DNA from: a virus
IMG/VR virus record: IMGVR_UViG_3300022746_000013
Location: 1 to 34,130 of that record
Reading direction: 5' to 3' (one strand)
DNA: 34,130 nt
The notes under the pieces were generated by a model. The model had not been told where the DNA came from. It saw nothing but the letters and a program-made list of their open reading frames with translations, and made no database searches. The translations under genes and the position numbers were made by a program. Numbering within the stretch: position 1 is the stretch's first letter; each line of letters opens with the position of its first letter. Positions 14,610 to 23,696 of the stretch are shown one piece after another.

Positions 14610-15398
14610 TTACCACCCAAAAACGTCACCGATGCTAGAACCGAGGTCGCTAACAGCTTTACCAATTCCACCGCCTGTTAATTTGTCAGCGGCCAATGCC
14701 CCAGTAATCCAACCACCAGTAGGGTCAAGACTACCACTGCCAAACAAACCACCCAAACCACCACCACTGCTAAGACCTAAAGCCTCAAGCGTTTGTGGGT
14801 CAGTAACATTAGCAGCCCAATCAGGTAAGGCAGCATTAGCGCTACCTGAACCAAACAAACCACCCAAGCCAGACAATAAACTACCAGCGCCACTACCAAG
14901 TCCGCTTAATATGTTTCCAACTGCTTTTGAACCAGTAGGCGAACCCAACAAGCCAGCGCCAAGGCTATACATTCCACCAGTTTTCATAGCATCAGCCATC
15001 TTTGCAGCGTTTTCACGCGCCACATCTAATGAGCTTTGCTGAAACATGGTGTTCAAGGCTTGATTAGCACCACCTAAACCTTGTGTGTAGGCTTGACTAC
15101 GAGCTTGTTCGTAGGCTTGATTTTTGTTCTCGCCAAACTGATTCATGGCGTTATTCCATGCCTCAGAGCCGCGAGTGATACCCTGATTCGCCAATTGGCT
15201 TTCTAAGCCAGATTGTTGGCGTTGAAATTGTGGGTCAAGGTAGCGTGTCGCGCTTTGGTAAGCAGTGTCAGCGGCTTGTTGCTGAAGCTGACCTGGGTTC
15301 AAAGCGGCTTGCGTGTTAGAAAACGCAAAAGGCTTATTCAATGCGTCTTGAACGTAGCCAGAAGGTTGAGTTGTGAGTGCGGTGTCGCCGTATGCCAT
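14610..15398 (-). CDS. Gly-rich internal virion-type protein, 262 aa
   Basis: AAGGA SD; C-terminal GLGSGAGSLLSGLGGLFGSGS repeats. Confidence 0.55.
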   Translation of the reverse strand: MAYGDTALTTQPSGYVQDALNKPFAFSNTQAALNPGQLQQQAADTAYQSATRYLDPQFQRQQSGLESQLANQGITRGSEAWNNAMNQFGENKNQAYEQARSQAYTQGLGGANQALNTMFQQSSLDVARENAAKMADAMKTGGMYSLGAGLLGSPTGSKAVGNILSGLGSGAGSLLSGLGGLFGSGSANAALPDWAANVTDPQTLEALGLSSGGGLGGLFGSGSLDPTGGWITGALAADKLTGGGIGKAVSDLGSSIGDVFGW

Positions 15399-15464
15399 GA
15401 TGATTTCCTTAAATCTAAACCATCAGGGTAGCCCGATAGCCGTAATTTACCTTAAATTAAGTGC

Positions 15465-15647
15465 TTAGTCAATTTTCATTGATTGTTTTTTTCCATGCTC
15501 ACGCAAGGCATTGGCAAACTTCTTGCCCTTGTCTGCTTGAACAAAATCTTGTCCTACGGATTGCGGAATACCCACGCGCTTTGCAGCGGCAGGATTGTGA
15601 GCCACAAGTTCCATCAGATTGTGTTGCTTTAAATTTTTAGAAGGCAC
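15465..15647 (-). CDS. Small basic protein, 60 aa, DUF3008-like (GTG start)
   Basis: ORF track; AHNPAAAKRVGIPQSVGQDFVQADKGKK resembles a small conserved phage/bacterial family. Confidence 0.45.
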   Translation of the reverse strand: MPSKNLKQHNLMELVAHNPAAAKRVGIPQSVGQDFVQADKGKKFANALREHGKKQSMKID

Positions 15648-15676
15648 TTGCTTTTCTCACTTTCTAGGCATATACT
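15648..15676 (+). promoter_or_regulatory. Candidate promoter TTGCTT-N17-TATACT ending 6 nt before the HNH ATG (leaderless-type)
   Basis: Hexamers and spacing read directly; no SD between the -10 and the ATG at 15683. Confidence 0.4.
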
Positions 15677-15682
15677 TGCCAA

Positions 15683-16183
15683 ATGAAACGACTTTTTACA
15701 AAACCATGCAACGTATGTGGCACTCCTATTGAGGGTGTAAAACGTGCGGATAGAAATGCTTATCACTATTCTCCAAGATGCAAAGATTGCAGTCATAAGA
15801 ATTTTGACCCAAATTTGAAAAAATTTCGGCAAGATTTGCTTAATAAATTTCGACCAAAATCTGAAGTTGGCGCAAGACAAAAGCACCAATCTAGAGATGG
15901 ATTGTTTTATTGGAGAATTAAAATTGCTCAACCTAATGTTTGGGAATATGAACATAGGGTAATTACTAACGCGCCAAAAGGATTTCATGTTCATCATTTG
16001 AATGGCAATACATTGGACAATCGCCAAGAAAATTTGATGATTATTGCTCCAAGTGAACATTCAAAACACCATGCAACCATCTTGAGATGGTCTAGAAAAT
16101 ATGATTGTTGTCAAGTATGTAAAACCACAATCAAAAAACATTTGGCTAATGGTCTTTGCACAACTTGTTACCAGAGAAAATAG
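15683..16183 (+). CDS. HNH endonuclease with N- and C-terminal Cys-pair zinc motifs, 166 aa, antisense to the late operon
   Basis: EYEHRVITNAPKGFHVHHLNGNTLDNRQENLMIIAPSEHSKHH; the only plus-strand gene between 6823 and 34130. Confidence 0.85.
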   Translation: MKRLFTKPCNVCGTPIEGVKRADRNAYHYSPRCKDCSHKNFDPNLKKFRQDLLNKFRPKSEVGARQKHQSRDGLFYWRIKIAQPNVWEYEHRVITNAPKGFHVHHLNGNTLDNRQENLMIIAPSEHSKHHATILRWSRKYDCCQVCKTTIKKHLANGLCTTCYQRK

Positions 16184-16185
16184 CA

Positions 16186-17730
16186 TTAGATGTTACCCCC
16201 TGCGGCTACTGTTAAATCGTAAGAATACAAACGCACATCGGCATATTTTGATTTCATCTTGATATGCAGACTTCCCCAATATCCCATCCCTGACACGTTA
16301 GCCCATACTTTTTTGACTTGAATCTGACCGCCATAAACCGATGAGCCATAAAGAGAAGTTCCATAAACAGCCGTAGGTTGTTGAACAACGCTAGGAGTTG
16401 TGAACTCTTTGGTGTTTAGGTTGAAGTCCAACTCCATACGAGTGCCGTAGGAAAAGTCAGAACTAGCGCCAACCAAAATTCGTGCCATAGACCAAAACTT
16501 TAATTGGCTACCTTGGCCATGATTTTGGTAAGCAGGCAAAACGTCAGCCGTAATGTCAGCGCCATCATCAGATTGAGTATTCCAAGCCAATGCCACATAG
16601 CCATCAGAGCCAAAGTAAAGCTGATCGTTGATAAAGTACCAGCATCGAGCGTTTAAGCCCTTCCAGCGCGACCATGCACCGCTAATGGTGTTCATCACAT
16701 ACTGATAAGTCTCAGACGATGAAACAGGCACGTTTACCATCAACATATTTTGAGGCGGGTAAAGCAACAAGTCCCAATCTGCGTTATCAGCGTAGGTTGA
16801 TGTGTCTTGAGCTAATTGAGGCTGAATCTTGTCAGTTAGTTGTAACCAAGTGTTAACGCGAGAACTCATCAAAGACTTGGACATTTGAGCCACGCCATCT
16901 TTGTTAATGATGAGCAAATCACCGCCAAACTTACAAGTAAAGCCACGACCAGTAGGCGAACCAATGTAGAAAACGCCTGTCAAAGACCATGTAGAAGCAG
17001 AAGCAGGGTCAGTCCCCGAATAAACGGCAACTTCGCCTTCAGAGCTAAAAACAACAAAGTAGTCATCTAAGCCTGTGCCTGCATCCAAAGACCAAGTGTT
17101 AATTTTTGTGATGTAGCCACCGCGAGGAAAGATTGGAGCAAAGTCAAACTTAACCGCAGCGCCTGCGATTTGGTCTGTTGGCAAATACCAGCAAGCCATT
17201 GAGTTTTGAGGCACAAACCACAATCGGCGCTTGTGTGAAATTACATCTCTGAAATGCGTATTAGATGGGCCTGTGATGGCGTAAGTGGCCGAAACGTCTG
17301 TGACGCTATACCAAGTTGTCCCATCGTACAAAGTGGCGTTATCTGCGCCATTGACGTAATACGAGAAGTTGCCGCCAGAAGTAGCAAAACTTACTTGTTT
17401 GAACTTTCCGTTGGTCAAACCAGTGACTTTGGCAGAGCCTACCGCGCCTGAGTTGGAAATGTCATAGATTGACACAGAGCCAGAGTTGTTCACGGCAGCA
17501 TAGATTTGCTGAACGCCGTTCAACGGGTTGTATTCCAACAAGCTCTCAGCAATCCCTGTAAAGCCAGTAGCCCACTTCGTATAGCCTTTACGCACCATCA
17601 ATTCAGAAGGCAAGCAAAAGACGTTATCCATGACAGGCCCGTAATCAGGGGTCATCATTGGCAATGGGTCGCGCACGTTCCAACCCTTGATTGGGGCTGG
17701 TACTGAAATGATTTGTGATGTTCTTGCCAT
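16186..17730 (-). CDS. Large tail (tubular/nozzle-like) protein, 514 aa
   Basis: ORF track 16186-17844; start moved to the ATG at 17730, 2 nt after the upstream stop. Beta-rich; position between head and internal-protein genes. Confidence 0.5.
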   Translation of the reverse strand: MARTSQIISVPAPIKGWNVRDPLPMMTPDYGPVMDNVFCLPSELMVRKGYTKWATGFTGIAESLLEYNPLNGVQQIYAAVNNSGSVSIYDISNSGAVGSAKVTGLTNGKFKQVSFATSGGNFSYYVNGADNATLYDGTTWYSVTDVSATYAITGPSNTHFRDVISHKRRLWFVPQNSMACWYLPTDQIAGAAVKFDFAPIFPRGGYITKINTWSLDAGTGLDDYFVVFSSEGEVAVYSGTDPASASTWSLTGVFYIGSPTGRGFTCKFGGDLLIINKDGVAQMSKSLMSSRVNTWLQLTDKIQPQLAQDTSTYADNADWDLLLYPPQNMLMVNVPVSSSETYQYVMNTISGAWSRWKGLNARCWYFINDQLYFGSDGYVALAWNTQSDDGADITADVLPAYQNHGQGSQLKFWSMARILVGASSDFSYGTRMELDFNLNTKEFTTPSVVQQPTAVYGTSLYGSSVYGGQIQVKKVWANVSGMGYWGSLHIKMKSKYADVRLYSYDLTVAAGGNI

Positions 17731-17732
17731 TT

Positions 17733-18236
17733 TTAGCTCACTTGGCTGACAGTCATAATGACTGAAGGAATTGCAGGGCGCACAAATGGCGATGTTTGAG
17801 CAACAGAATGGTAAAGAGACACGTTGGTGTCGTCTACGGCCCAAATAAGCTCAAAATATTGACCAGCGTTCATTTGAAACATGAAGTTCCATGCCGCAAC
17901 TTGTTGCGAATTATTGCCAGCAATTGTAATGTCGGTGGCTGAATTTGCCATATCCGTTCCGTTGATTCTTGCCCAGATAGCCACAAGTTTCGTGCTTGCA
18001 CTTGCGCTTTGAAGCTGCAAGGAAAACTGAAAGTTGTAGATGCCAGAAGCAGGGCAAATAATCCGTGACGTATGCAACGGGTCAATGTAAATGCCATCCA
18101 CCAAATCGGTGGTGTTCATCGTAATTGGATAAGCCGTGTTAGTCGCGCCAGGGCTTTGGGAAGTCGTATCCGAAAACGCCCCATACAGAAGACCACTTCC
18201 GCTAGAGTTGTTAGACGGGTAACGAGTAACTCTCAT
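17733..18236 (-). CDS. C1q/TNF-like (BclA-CTD-like) jelly-roll protein, 167 aa; candidate receptor-binding or tail decoration protein
   Basis: RIICPASGIYNFQFSLQ and AAWNFMFQMNAGQYFELIW parallel the C1q-domain F.C..PG.Y.F and L..GD.V motifs. Confidence 0.45.
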   Translation of the reverse strand: MRVTRYPSNNSSGSGLLYGAFSDTTSQSPGATNTAYPITMNTTDLVDGIYIDPLHTSRIICPASGIYNFQFSLQLQSASASTKLVAIWARINGTDMANSATDITIAGNNSQQVAAWNFMFQMNAGQYFELIWAVDDTNVSLYHSVAQTSPFVRPAIPSVIMTVSQVS

Positions 18237-18562
18237 ACGCGCTCAACTCCGCTGATTGTGGCTGTCAATCCTGTTGCAGAGCCAACAGCCAACAAAGATT
18301 CATTGGCATTGAGAATCTGAAACCCGTTGTATTGCATAGACGAATACGCAGGGATTGAAGACGCATACCAGCCAAACGCGTTAGCCGTGGCAACCGAACC
18401 GATATACATGGTTAAGGTCAAAGGCGATGAAGTTGTGTTCACCACCATAATGTCAAGGATAGCAGTCTTGCCATCAGACTTAGCCGTGTAAAGCGTAGTC
18501 GATGAGTTACCAATTGCGGCTTGGCAAAGGCGGCTTGGTGTGCCTGATAGGTTGGCGATCAT
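18233..18562 (-). CDS. Small beta-rich virion-module protein, 109 aa
   Basis: ORF track; ATGA-coupled on both sides. Confidence 0.5.
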   Translation of the reverse strand: MIANLSGTPSRLCQAAIGNSSTTLYTAKSDGKTAILDIMVVNTTSSPLTLTMYIGSVATANAFGWYASSIPAYSSMQYNGFQILNANESLLAVGSATGLTATISGVERV

Positions 18563-19629
18563 TTGTATGCCCCTAAATTAGATTCTTGAGGCTGATAGCC
18601 AAACTCATGGATTGAATCAGCATTTGTCCACAAGTCTTTTGCTTTTACTTTTTTGCTAAGAATTTTGTATTGACCTTTTAAAGCTGATTCGCCATGATCT
18701 TTTGCATATTCTTTAGTCAAAGTTACCCAATCACCAGAATTTATGTCATTGATTCCTTGAATTGGCTCATCAGGCAAATTACGCAATTTTTCTCGTTGAT
18801 CGTATGCCCAGTCATACCATTTACTACCATTGTCTGTAAAAGTATCTTTTGGCAAAGTTCCACGCTTCATGTAAGCCGCCATTTGTTTTTCAATTTCGGC
18901 TAACTTTTCAGAATTTGATGCTTCTTTAGGAACAGCACGATAAATAGTGACCGAAGCATTTGGCTTGTCTTTAAATGATTGAGCAATGCTAAATGCTTTA
19001 GCATCGTAAGGAACACCACCACCATAATATTGTGCAGCTTGTGGGCTATACACATCGGCGGGATACATTTGACCGCCACCTGTTAAATCATGCAATGGAG
19101 CGCCAAAATCAGGGCCTGGCGCAGTATGTGAACCTCTATAAGAAAAATCTTCAACCATTCGCATAGGTTGAGGCGTGACTTCAGCCAAAGGGCCACGACC
19201 ATAGACCATTGCATCATTGATTGCTTCACCAGCCAATTTGCCGTAAGCGCCCAAACCTTTAGTAATGCCTTTAGCCGCTTCAACAGGGCCAACAGGATTC
19301 ATTGCCGCGCCAAGTTGCTCCATGCCTGACGATTCGCGTCTTGCTTCAGTACCGCGAGGAATGTTTGCCAAGATAGCTTCAGTTGTAGGAGCAGCAGGCA
19401 ATGATTCCAATGCTGCTTGAAGTTTTGCAGGTAAACGAGGCGTGACATACTCACGCGCCAAAGCGTTTACATCACCAAAGATGCCCAACGGAGCAACAGC
19501 AGCGCCACGACCTAAAGATTCAGCGTTACTCAATGAGCCGCGCAAAGCGTCAGCCAAAAGATTTGACGAATACGGATTATTTGGGTTTTCAAATGAACCC
19601 TGACGTAGCATTTCGGCGAGTGTTGGCAT
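18559..19629 (-). CDS. Virion-module protein, 356 aa: flexible N-terminal half plus a ~200-aa globular C-terminal domain of unknown (possibly enzymatic) function
   Basis: ORF track; C-terminal motifs FSYRGSH, TIYRAVP, GDWVTLTKEYA, SIHEFGY. Confidence 0.5.
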   Translation of the reverse strand: MPTLAEMLRQGSFENPNNPYSSNLLADALRGSLSNAESLGRGAAVAPLGIFGDVNALAREYVTPRLPAKLQAALESLPAAPTTEAILANIPRGTEARRESSGMEQLGAAMNPVGPVEAAKGITKGLGAYGKLAGEAINDAMVYGRGPLAEVTPQPMRMVEDFSYRGSHTAPGPDFGAPLHDLTGGGQMYPADVYSPQAAQYYGGGVPYDAKAFSIAQSFKDKPNASVTIYRAVPKEASNSEKLAEIEKQMAAYMKRGTLPKDTFTDNGSKWYDWAYDQREKLRNLPDEPIQGINDINSGDWVTLTKEYAKDHGESALKGQYKILSKKVKAKDLWTNADSIHEFGYQPQESNLGAYK

Positions 19630-19638
19630 GGCCTACCC

Positions 19639-20547
19639 TTACGATGTTGTATTGCCAAAACCCGTGTCTGGTAAGTTGTTCTGGGTCAGCAAGATGTTGG
19701 GGTAACGAGGGGCCAGCGATAGGGTATCCGCGCCAGCATCTTGTGCTTTGAACTTCATCAACTCACGCGCAAAGTCAGCTTGCAGCGCGGCAGTATCGAA
19801 GCCCTTGATTTGGAAATACTTGAGTTTTGTACCCAAGACCAACAAACGGTCAGGGAACAAACTTGTATCTGTGTCAGCCGTGAATTTTTGCTTGTAGCTA
19901 CCGTCAGCAGCCACAACCCATGAGCCTGATTGATACTCAAAGCCCAAAATGACTTGAGCCGTAGGCATAGGCCACACAACAAACTTGTTTCCAGCAATAC
20001 GGAAACGCATACGTGGGCCTGTCGTGACATACGAGGCTTTGAGCCATTGCCACTCTTGAGCGTCTTTCGGGCCAATCACAGACCAACGATTAGATTTGTT
20101 GTATTGTGTTTTGTTGACCATCCGCTGATAGTCAGAAGGCATTGCATAGTTCACCTGTCCAAACGTGTATGTTTGACCTGTGTATGCGCCTGTGGCATTG
20201 ATGTTGAAGTTTACGGTACTACCAGAGGCAGAAGTCACAAAAGTGTCCTGCATGATGCCGTTACCCATCACCATGAAATCAGAAGTCAAGCCAGTAATGC
20301 TTGACATATTGGTAAGCTGAGTGGCGTTTAGAGCAACGTCACCTGTATATTGGTAATAAACAGTCTGAAAACGGTACTCTTTAATTAGCGCTTGCCAATC
20401 GTTCTCAGTCGTCAATGAATCACCAACGCGATTCATCAACGCTGAAATCTGCTTAGTCATCTCGTCATCGTTATTAGCGACAACAGACGGAGATGGCAAC
20501 CCTAACTCAAGACAAACATCTTGTACGTTTTGAAGAAAGGTCGCCAT
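19639..20547 (-). CDS. Head-tail adaptor or tail tubular-A-like virion protein, 302 aa
   Basis: GGAG SD; assignment by position only. Confidence 0.4.
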   Translation of the reverse strand: MATFLQNVQDVCLELGLPSPSVVANNDDEMTKQISALMNRVGDSLTTENDWQALIKEYRFQTVYYQYTGDVALNATQLTNMSSITGLTSDFMVMGNGIMQDTFVTSASGSTVNFNINATGAYTGQTYTFGQVNYAMPSDYQRMVNKTQYNKSNRWSVIGPKDAQEWQWLKASYVTTGPRMRFRIAGNKFVVWPMPTAQVILGFEYQSGSWVVAADGSYKQKFTADTDTSLFPDRLLVLGTKLKYFQIKGFDTAALQADFARELMKFKAQDAGADTLSLAPRYPNILLTQNNLPDTGFGNTTS

Positions 20548-20558
20548 ATATCACTCCA

Positions 20559-21092
20559 TTAAGATGCCTCGGATTCTACTTCATCAGTAGCTTCTTTGGG
20601 CTTTCGACCGCGCTTTGGCGCTTCTCCCAAGAGAGCAGCCATTTGCGCTTGCAATTGTTCAATTTGGGCTTGTTGTTGCTTAACAATATCGTCAGAGCCA
20701 ACTTTGCCACGGTTCAAAAAGGCTTGTGCTTTAACACGCCATTGGATACCGCCCATGATGCGAGTAAACGCTGAATCAGGTGCGCCAGCGACTTGCTCAA
20801 CAAAACGGAAGCCAAGATAGGCTAATTCACGTTTAAAGCCATCGGGTGCGTCAGTCCACTCCTCAATAGGAGTGCCAACCATGTCTTGCATTTGCTTGTA
20901 AGCGGAATACTTACGAGAAAATCTGCGTTTGTAGTTGTCAGTCGCTTCTACGTCAATCTCTAGCGTTTTGTCGCCAGGGACTTTCACATTCACGAATTCA
21001 ACTTCATTTCCATCAACGATTTTTGAATAGAAGGTTACATCCAGAAACTCATCGCCAGAGGTGTCTCCAACGTATGCGATTTCATCAGCCAT
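20559..21092 (-). CDS. Virion-module protein, 177 aa, with C-terminal Q-rich coil and basic/acidic tail
   Basis: ORF track 20559-21134; start moved to the ATG at 21092 with GGAGAA SD, directly after the terminator. Confidence 0.5.
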   Translation of the reverse strand: MADEIAYVGDTSGDEFLDVTFYSKIVDGNEVEFVNVKVPGDKTLEIDVEATDNYKRRFSRKYSAYKQMQDMVGTPIEEWTDAPDGFKRELAYLGFRFVEQVAGAPDSAFTRIMGGIQWRVKAQAFLNRGKVGSDDIVKQQQAQIEQLQAQMAALLGEAPKRGRKPKEATDEVESEAS

Positions 21093-21102
21093 TGATTTCT
21101 CC

Positions 21103-21139
21103 AATAAAAAAGGGTGCAAGCGAAATGCCTGCACCCTTA
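21103..21139 (-). terminator. Intrinsic terminator after the capsid/decoration genes
   Basis: Minus strand reads AAGGGTGCA-ggcatttcgct-TGCACCCTT followed by TTTTATT. Confidence 0.7.
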
Positions 21140-21151
21140 TATTACAACAGA

Positions 21152-21634
21152 TTAACCGTTGCCGTTCAAGCTAGGATGGCAAATCTGCATGATTGCCAAG
21201 CCAGTGCCAGGAGTGCCGTTAGCGGTCTTAAACACGCCACCGTCAATCTTGTCGCCAGAAACAACAGCGTCATCCAATGTGCCAGCAGTAGCAGTCACAT
21301 AAGCCAATGCGTTTGCAGCCACAGTGCCTGTGGTCACAACAGCAGAGCCAGAAACTTGATACCAGCCGTATTGCGAAGCCACGTTAGCCGACATTGCGAT
21401 AGCAACAGGGCCACGGGCGCTTGCGACAGCGCGTGTAGAAGTACCAGCATACTGGTCATAAATGACAGGGTTGCCGACAACAGTAGAAGCCACGCCCTTG
21501 AGGTAAATGAATTCGCCAGCGCCGTAAGTTGGGTCTGTTGCGAAAACGCGAGTACCGAGGGGATGGTTTTGCACTGTGTCGGTCACAGCGATAGGTTGTG
21601 CGCCAACCAAAGCGGTTTGAATGGTGTAAGCCAT
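21152..21634 (-). CDS. Capsid decoration/cement-like protein, 160 aa
   Basis: GGAG SD; beta-rich A/G/T/V composition; immediately downstream of the major capsid gene and upstream of the terminator. Confidence 0.45.
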   Translation of the reverse strand: MAYTIQTALVGAQPIAVTDTVQNHPLGTRVFATDPTYGAGEFIYLKGVASTVVGNPVIYDQYAGTSTRAVASARGPVAIAMSANVASQYGWYQVSGSAVVTTGTVAANALAYVTATAGTLDDAVVSGDKIDGGVFKTANGTPGTGLAIMQICHPSLNGNG

Positions 21635-21656
21635 GATTTTTCTCCGAACTTAAATA

Positions 21657-22655
21657 TTAGGTGATAGACAAGGTTGCGTTGAACTGAGCGCCAGAGCAAG
21701 TCAAAGCACCAGACCAGCCGATCAAGCGCACGATAGCGTCTTGGTTAACGGCTTGACGGTCACCACCGATTGCAACGAAGTTGCGATCTTTGTGTGGGCG
21801 GAAGTGTGTGAACTTGGTGTTAATGAAGTCCATGCGAGTTGCAGTTTGGTTGCCACCGATACCACCACCCAACACAACGTCAGCAGAACCGCCAGAACCG
21901 TAGTATTTGATAGCTGTAAAGCCAGCAGCACCCATCTTCTCATCGGTAATACGCTGAATAGCTTGCAGAGATTGCAAGTACATAGCGTATGCAGTTGTAC
22001 CTGCATAGATGAAGTCAGGGCGGTCGTTACCGCGAACACGGCTCAAAGCCACGGTGTTCATAGCTTGCTGGATGTTAGAAGCAGTTACGGCTGTACCGAG
22101 AACGGTAGAAGCAACGTAAGCGCCGTTTTGCCAGAAAGACCAAGAAGCGCGGTCGATACCACCGTAAGTGCCAGACGAAGGCGAAGTGGAGATCATTGCA
22201 GCCAAACCAACCAAGGCTTTGCCGCCGTTGGCAGTACCGTCACCATGCAAGTCGGTGTCGATCTTGTTAGCCAAACGAGCTTGTGCAACTTCAACGCGAG
22301 TAGCGATCAATTCGATCATCTGCTCTTTGCCGCTGTTTTGCAACATTTCTGGGCCAGAGATAGTCACAGCGTCAGCATAGTGCTTCAATGTGAACTGAGC
22401 GGCAGAAATGGGGCTATCAGGGCTAATGTTGATAGTTTCGTAGCCAGAGTAGCTGTTAGCAAAGTTGGTGTTTGGGTCATTGTAGAAAATCTCTTGCAAG
22501 ACAGTAGAACCGCCAGAGATAGTCTTAATGTTGCCACGCTCTTTCAAGCGGCTCAACAATGCGTTGTTGTTTGTCAAGTTATCTTGAGCCGATTTTGTGC
22601 GGCTCTCGATGGTGGTAGCGATAATGTCGCTAATTGCGCTGTTAGCAAATGCCAT
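21657..22655 (-). CDS. Major capsid protein, 332 aa
   Basis: AGGAG SD; follows the scaffold gene; size and N-terminal pattern typical of HK97-fold podoviral capsid proteins; strong codon bias (stop-free antisense frame). Confidence 0.8.
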   Translation of the reverse strand: MAFANSAISDIIATTIESRTKSAQDNLTNNNALLSRLKERGNIKTISGGSTVLQEIFYNDPNTNFANSYSGYETINISPDSPISAAQFTLKHYADAVTISGPEMLQNSGKEQMIELIATRVEVAQARLANKIDTDLHGDGTANGGKALVGLAAMISTSPSSGTYGGIDRASWSFWQNGAYVASTVLGTAVTASNIQQAMNTVALSRVRGNDRPDFIYAGTTAYAMYLQSLQAIQRITDEKMGAAGFTAIKYYGSGGSADVVLGGGIGGNQTATRMDFINTKFTHFRPHKDRNFVAIGGDRQAVNQDAIVRLIGWSGALTCSGAQFNATLSIT

Positions 22656-22677
22656 GATTGGCTCCTATGTTAAAAAA

Positions 22678-23688
22678 TCAAAGACCGAGATTTGCCATCG
22701 CTTGCCGCACAGCTTCTTCGGTAGTCTTTGGTTCAGGAGCGCGTGTTACACCCGTTGGAGAACCTTTGACAGACACGGCAGAAGCCTTGGCTGCTTTGGC
22801 AGCTTCATTCGCACGTTGAATTGGATTTACTTGCTGTGTAGGCTGTTGGCTAACGCGAGAAAATACATCGTCATTCAGACGCACTGCTTTTGCGTAAGCA
22901 TCATTCAGGTCGCTTGCGAAGCCCTTGTCTAAAAGGTCAGCCATCGTTTCACGAACGTCATCGAAATGCTCATGCGTTTGCGCGAATTGCTCAATCGTTT
23001 GACCGAGTTGCGCTTGTTCCGCCATCTGTCGAGATTGCGTAATTTGTTCGAGTGCCGCCTGCTGTTGGGCAAGGCGTTGCTCTAGGTTGTGATGATAAGG
23101 GTCAAAAGGGATACTTGTCAAACTATTTAAGTCAATACCGTAATCGTGGGCTAACCGAACGAACTCTTTTGCCTTTGTTTCAGGGTCAGAAGTGCGTAAG
23201 CGGCGCTCAGTCTCAATCAGCTTAGAAACCGCCACTTCGGGGGCAACTTGAAGCTGTTGCAGATATTCCATGTGCGGAGCAATAGCATTGCCCAAAGTCC
23301 GCCCTTTTTGAGCGTCTTCTTTGTATTGCTGGATACCCTTATGGAACTGTTGTTCACGCTCAACAATATATTGCTGAGTTTCGGGTGGCAAAGCACGAAG
23401 CGCCTCTTGAGCAGGCTTTTTCCAAGCGGCAAACGGGTTGCGTTCTTGCTCAGTCTTTGGCGCTTCCTCTTTTTCCTCAGTTGGTGCTTCTTTAGCAAGT
23501 TCAGGCTTTTCCTCTTGAGGTTCAGCCTGTTTGGGCTTAAATCGCCCTTTTTCATCGCGTTTTTCTACTGATTGCTCAGTTTCGGCTTGTTCAGCCTGCT
23601 CTAGCTTTTCAAACTCACGGGCAACAATGTCGCGTGTTTCCGTGGGTTCCTGAACTTCTTGGGTATCCAAGTTTTGTTCTTCTGACAT
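22678..23688 (-). CDS. Scaffolding protein, 336 aa
   Basis: E/K/Q/A-rich helical protein between the portal-proximal genes and the capsid gene; GGAG SD. Confidence 0.7.
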   Translation of the reverse strand: MSEEQNLDTQEVQEPTETRDIVAREFEKLEQAEQAETEQSVEKRDEKGRFKPKQAEPQEEKPELAKEAPTEEKEEAPKTEQERNPFAAWKKPAQEALRALPPETQQYIVEREQQFHKGIQQYKEDAQKGRTLGNAIAPHMEYLQQLQVAPEVAVSKLIETERRLRTSDPETKAKEFVRLAHDYGIDLNSLTSIPFDPYHHNLEQRLAQQQAALEQITQSRQMAEQAQLGQTIEQFAQTHEHFDDVRETMADLLDKGFASDLNDAYAKAVRLNDDVFSRVSQQPTQQVNPIQRANEAAKAAKASAVSVKGSPTGVTRAPEPKTTEEAVRQAMANLGL

Positions 23689-23696
23689 TTTTTCTC

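Noticed and set aside
14554-15042. 162-aa Pro-rich plus-strand ORF
   Set aside because: It is the antisense reading of the Gly-rich internal-protein gene (GGN codons read as NCC, giving Pro). It has no SD and lies inside a tightly coupled minus-strand chain.
21741-22673. 310-aa plus-strand ORF spanning almost the whole major capsid gene (and the 213-aa ORF at 21023-21664 opposite the decoration gene)
   Set aside because: These are shadow ORFs. The minus-strand genes have SDs, coupling and recognisable protein patterns. Strong codon bias (few TTA/CTA/TCA codons) removes stops from the antisense frame, and the translations are Cys/Ser/Arg-rich nonsense with no start context.
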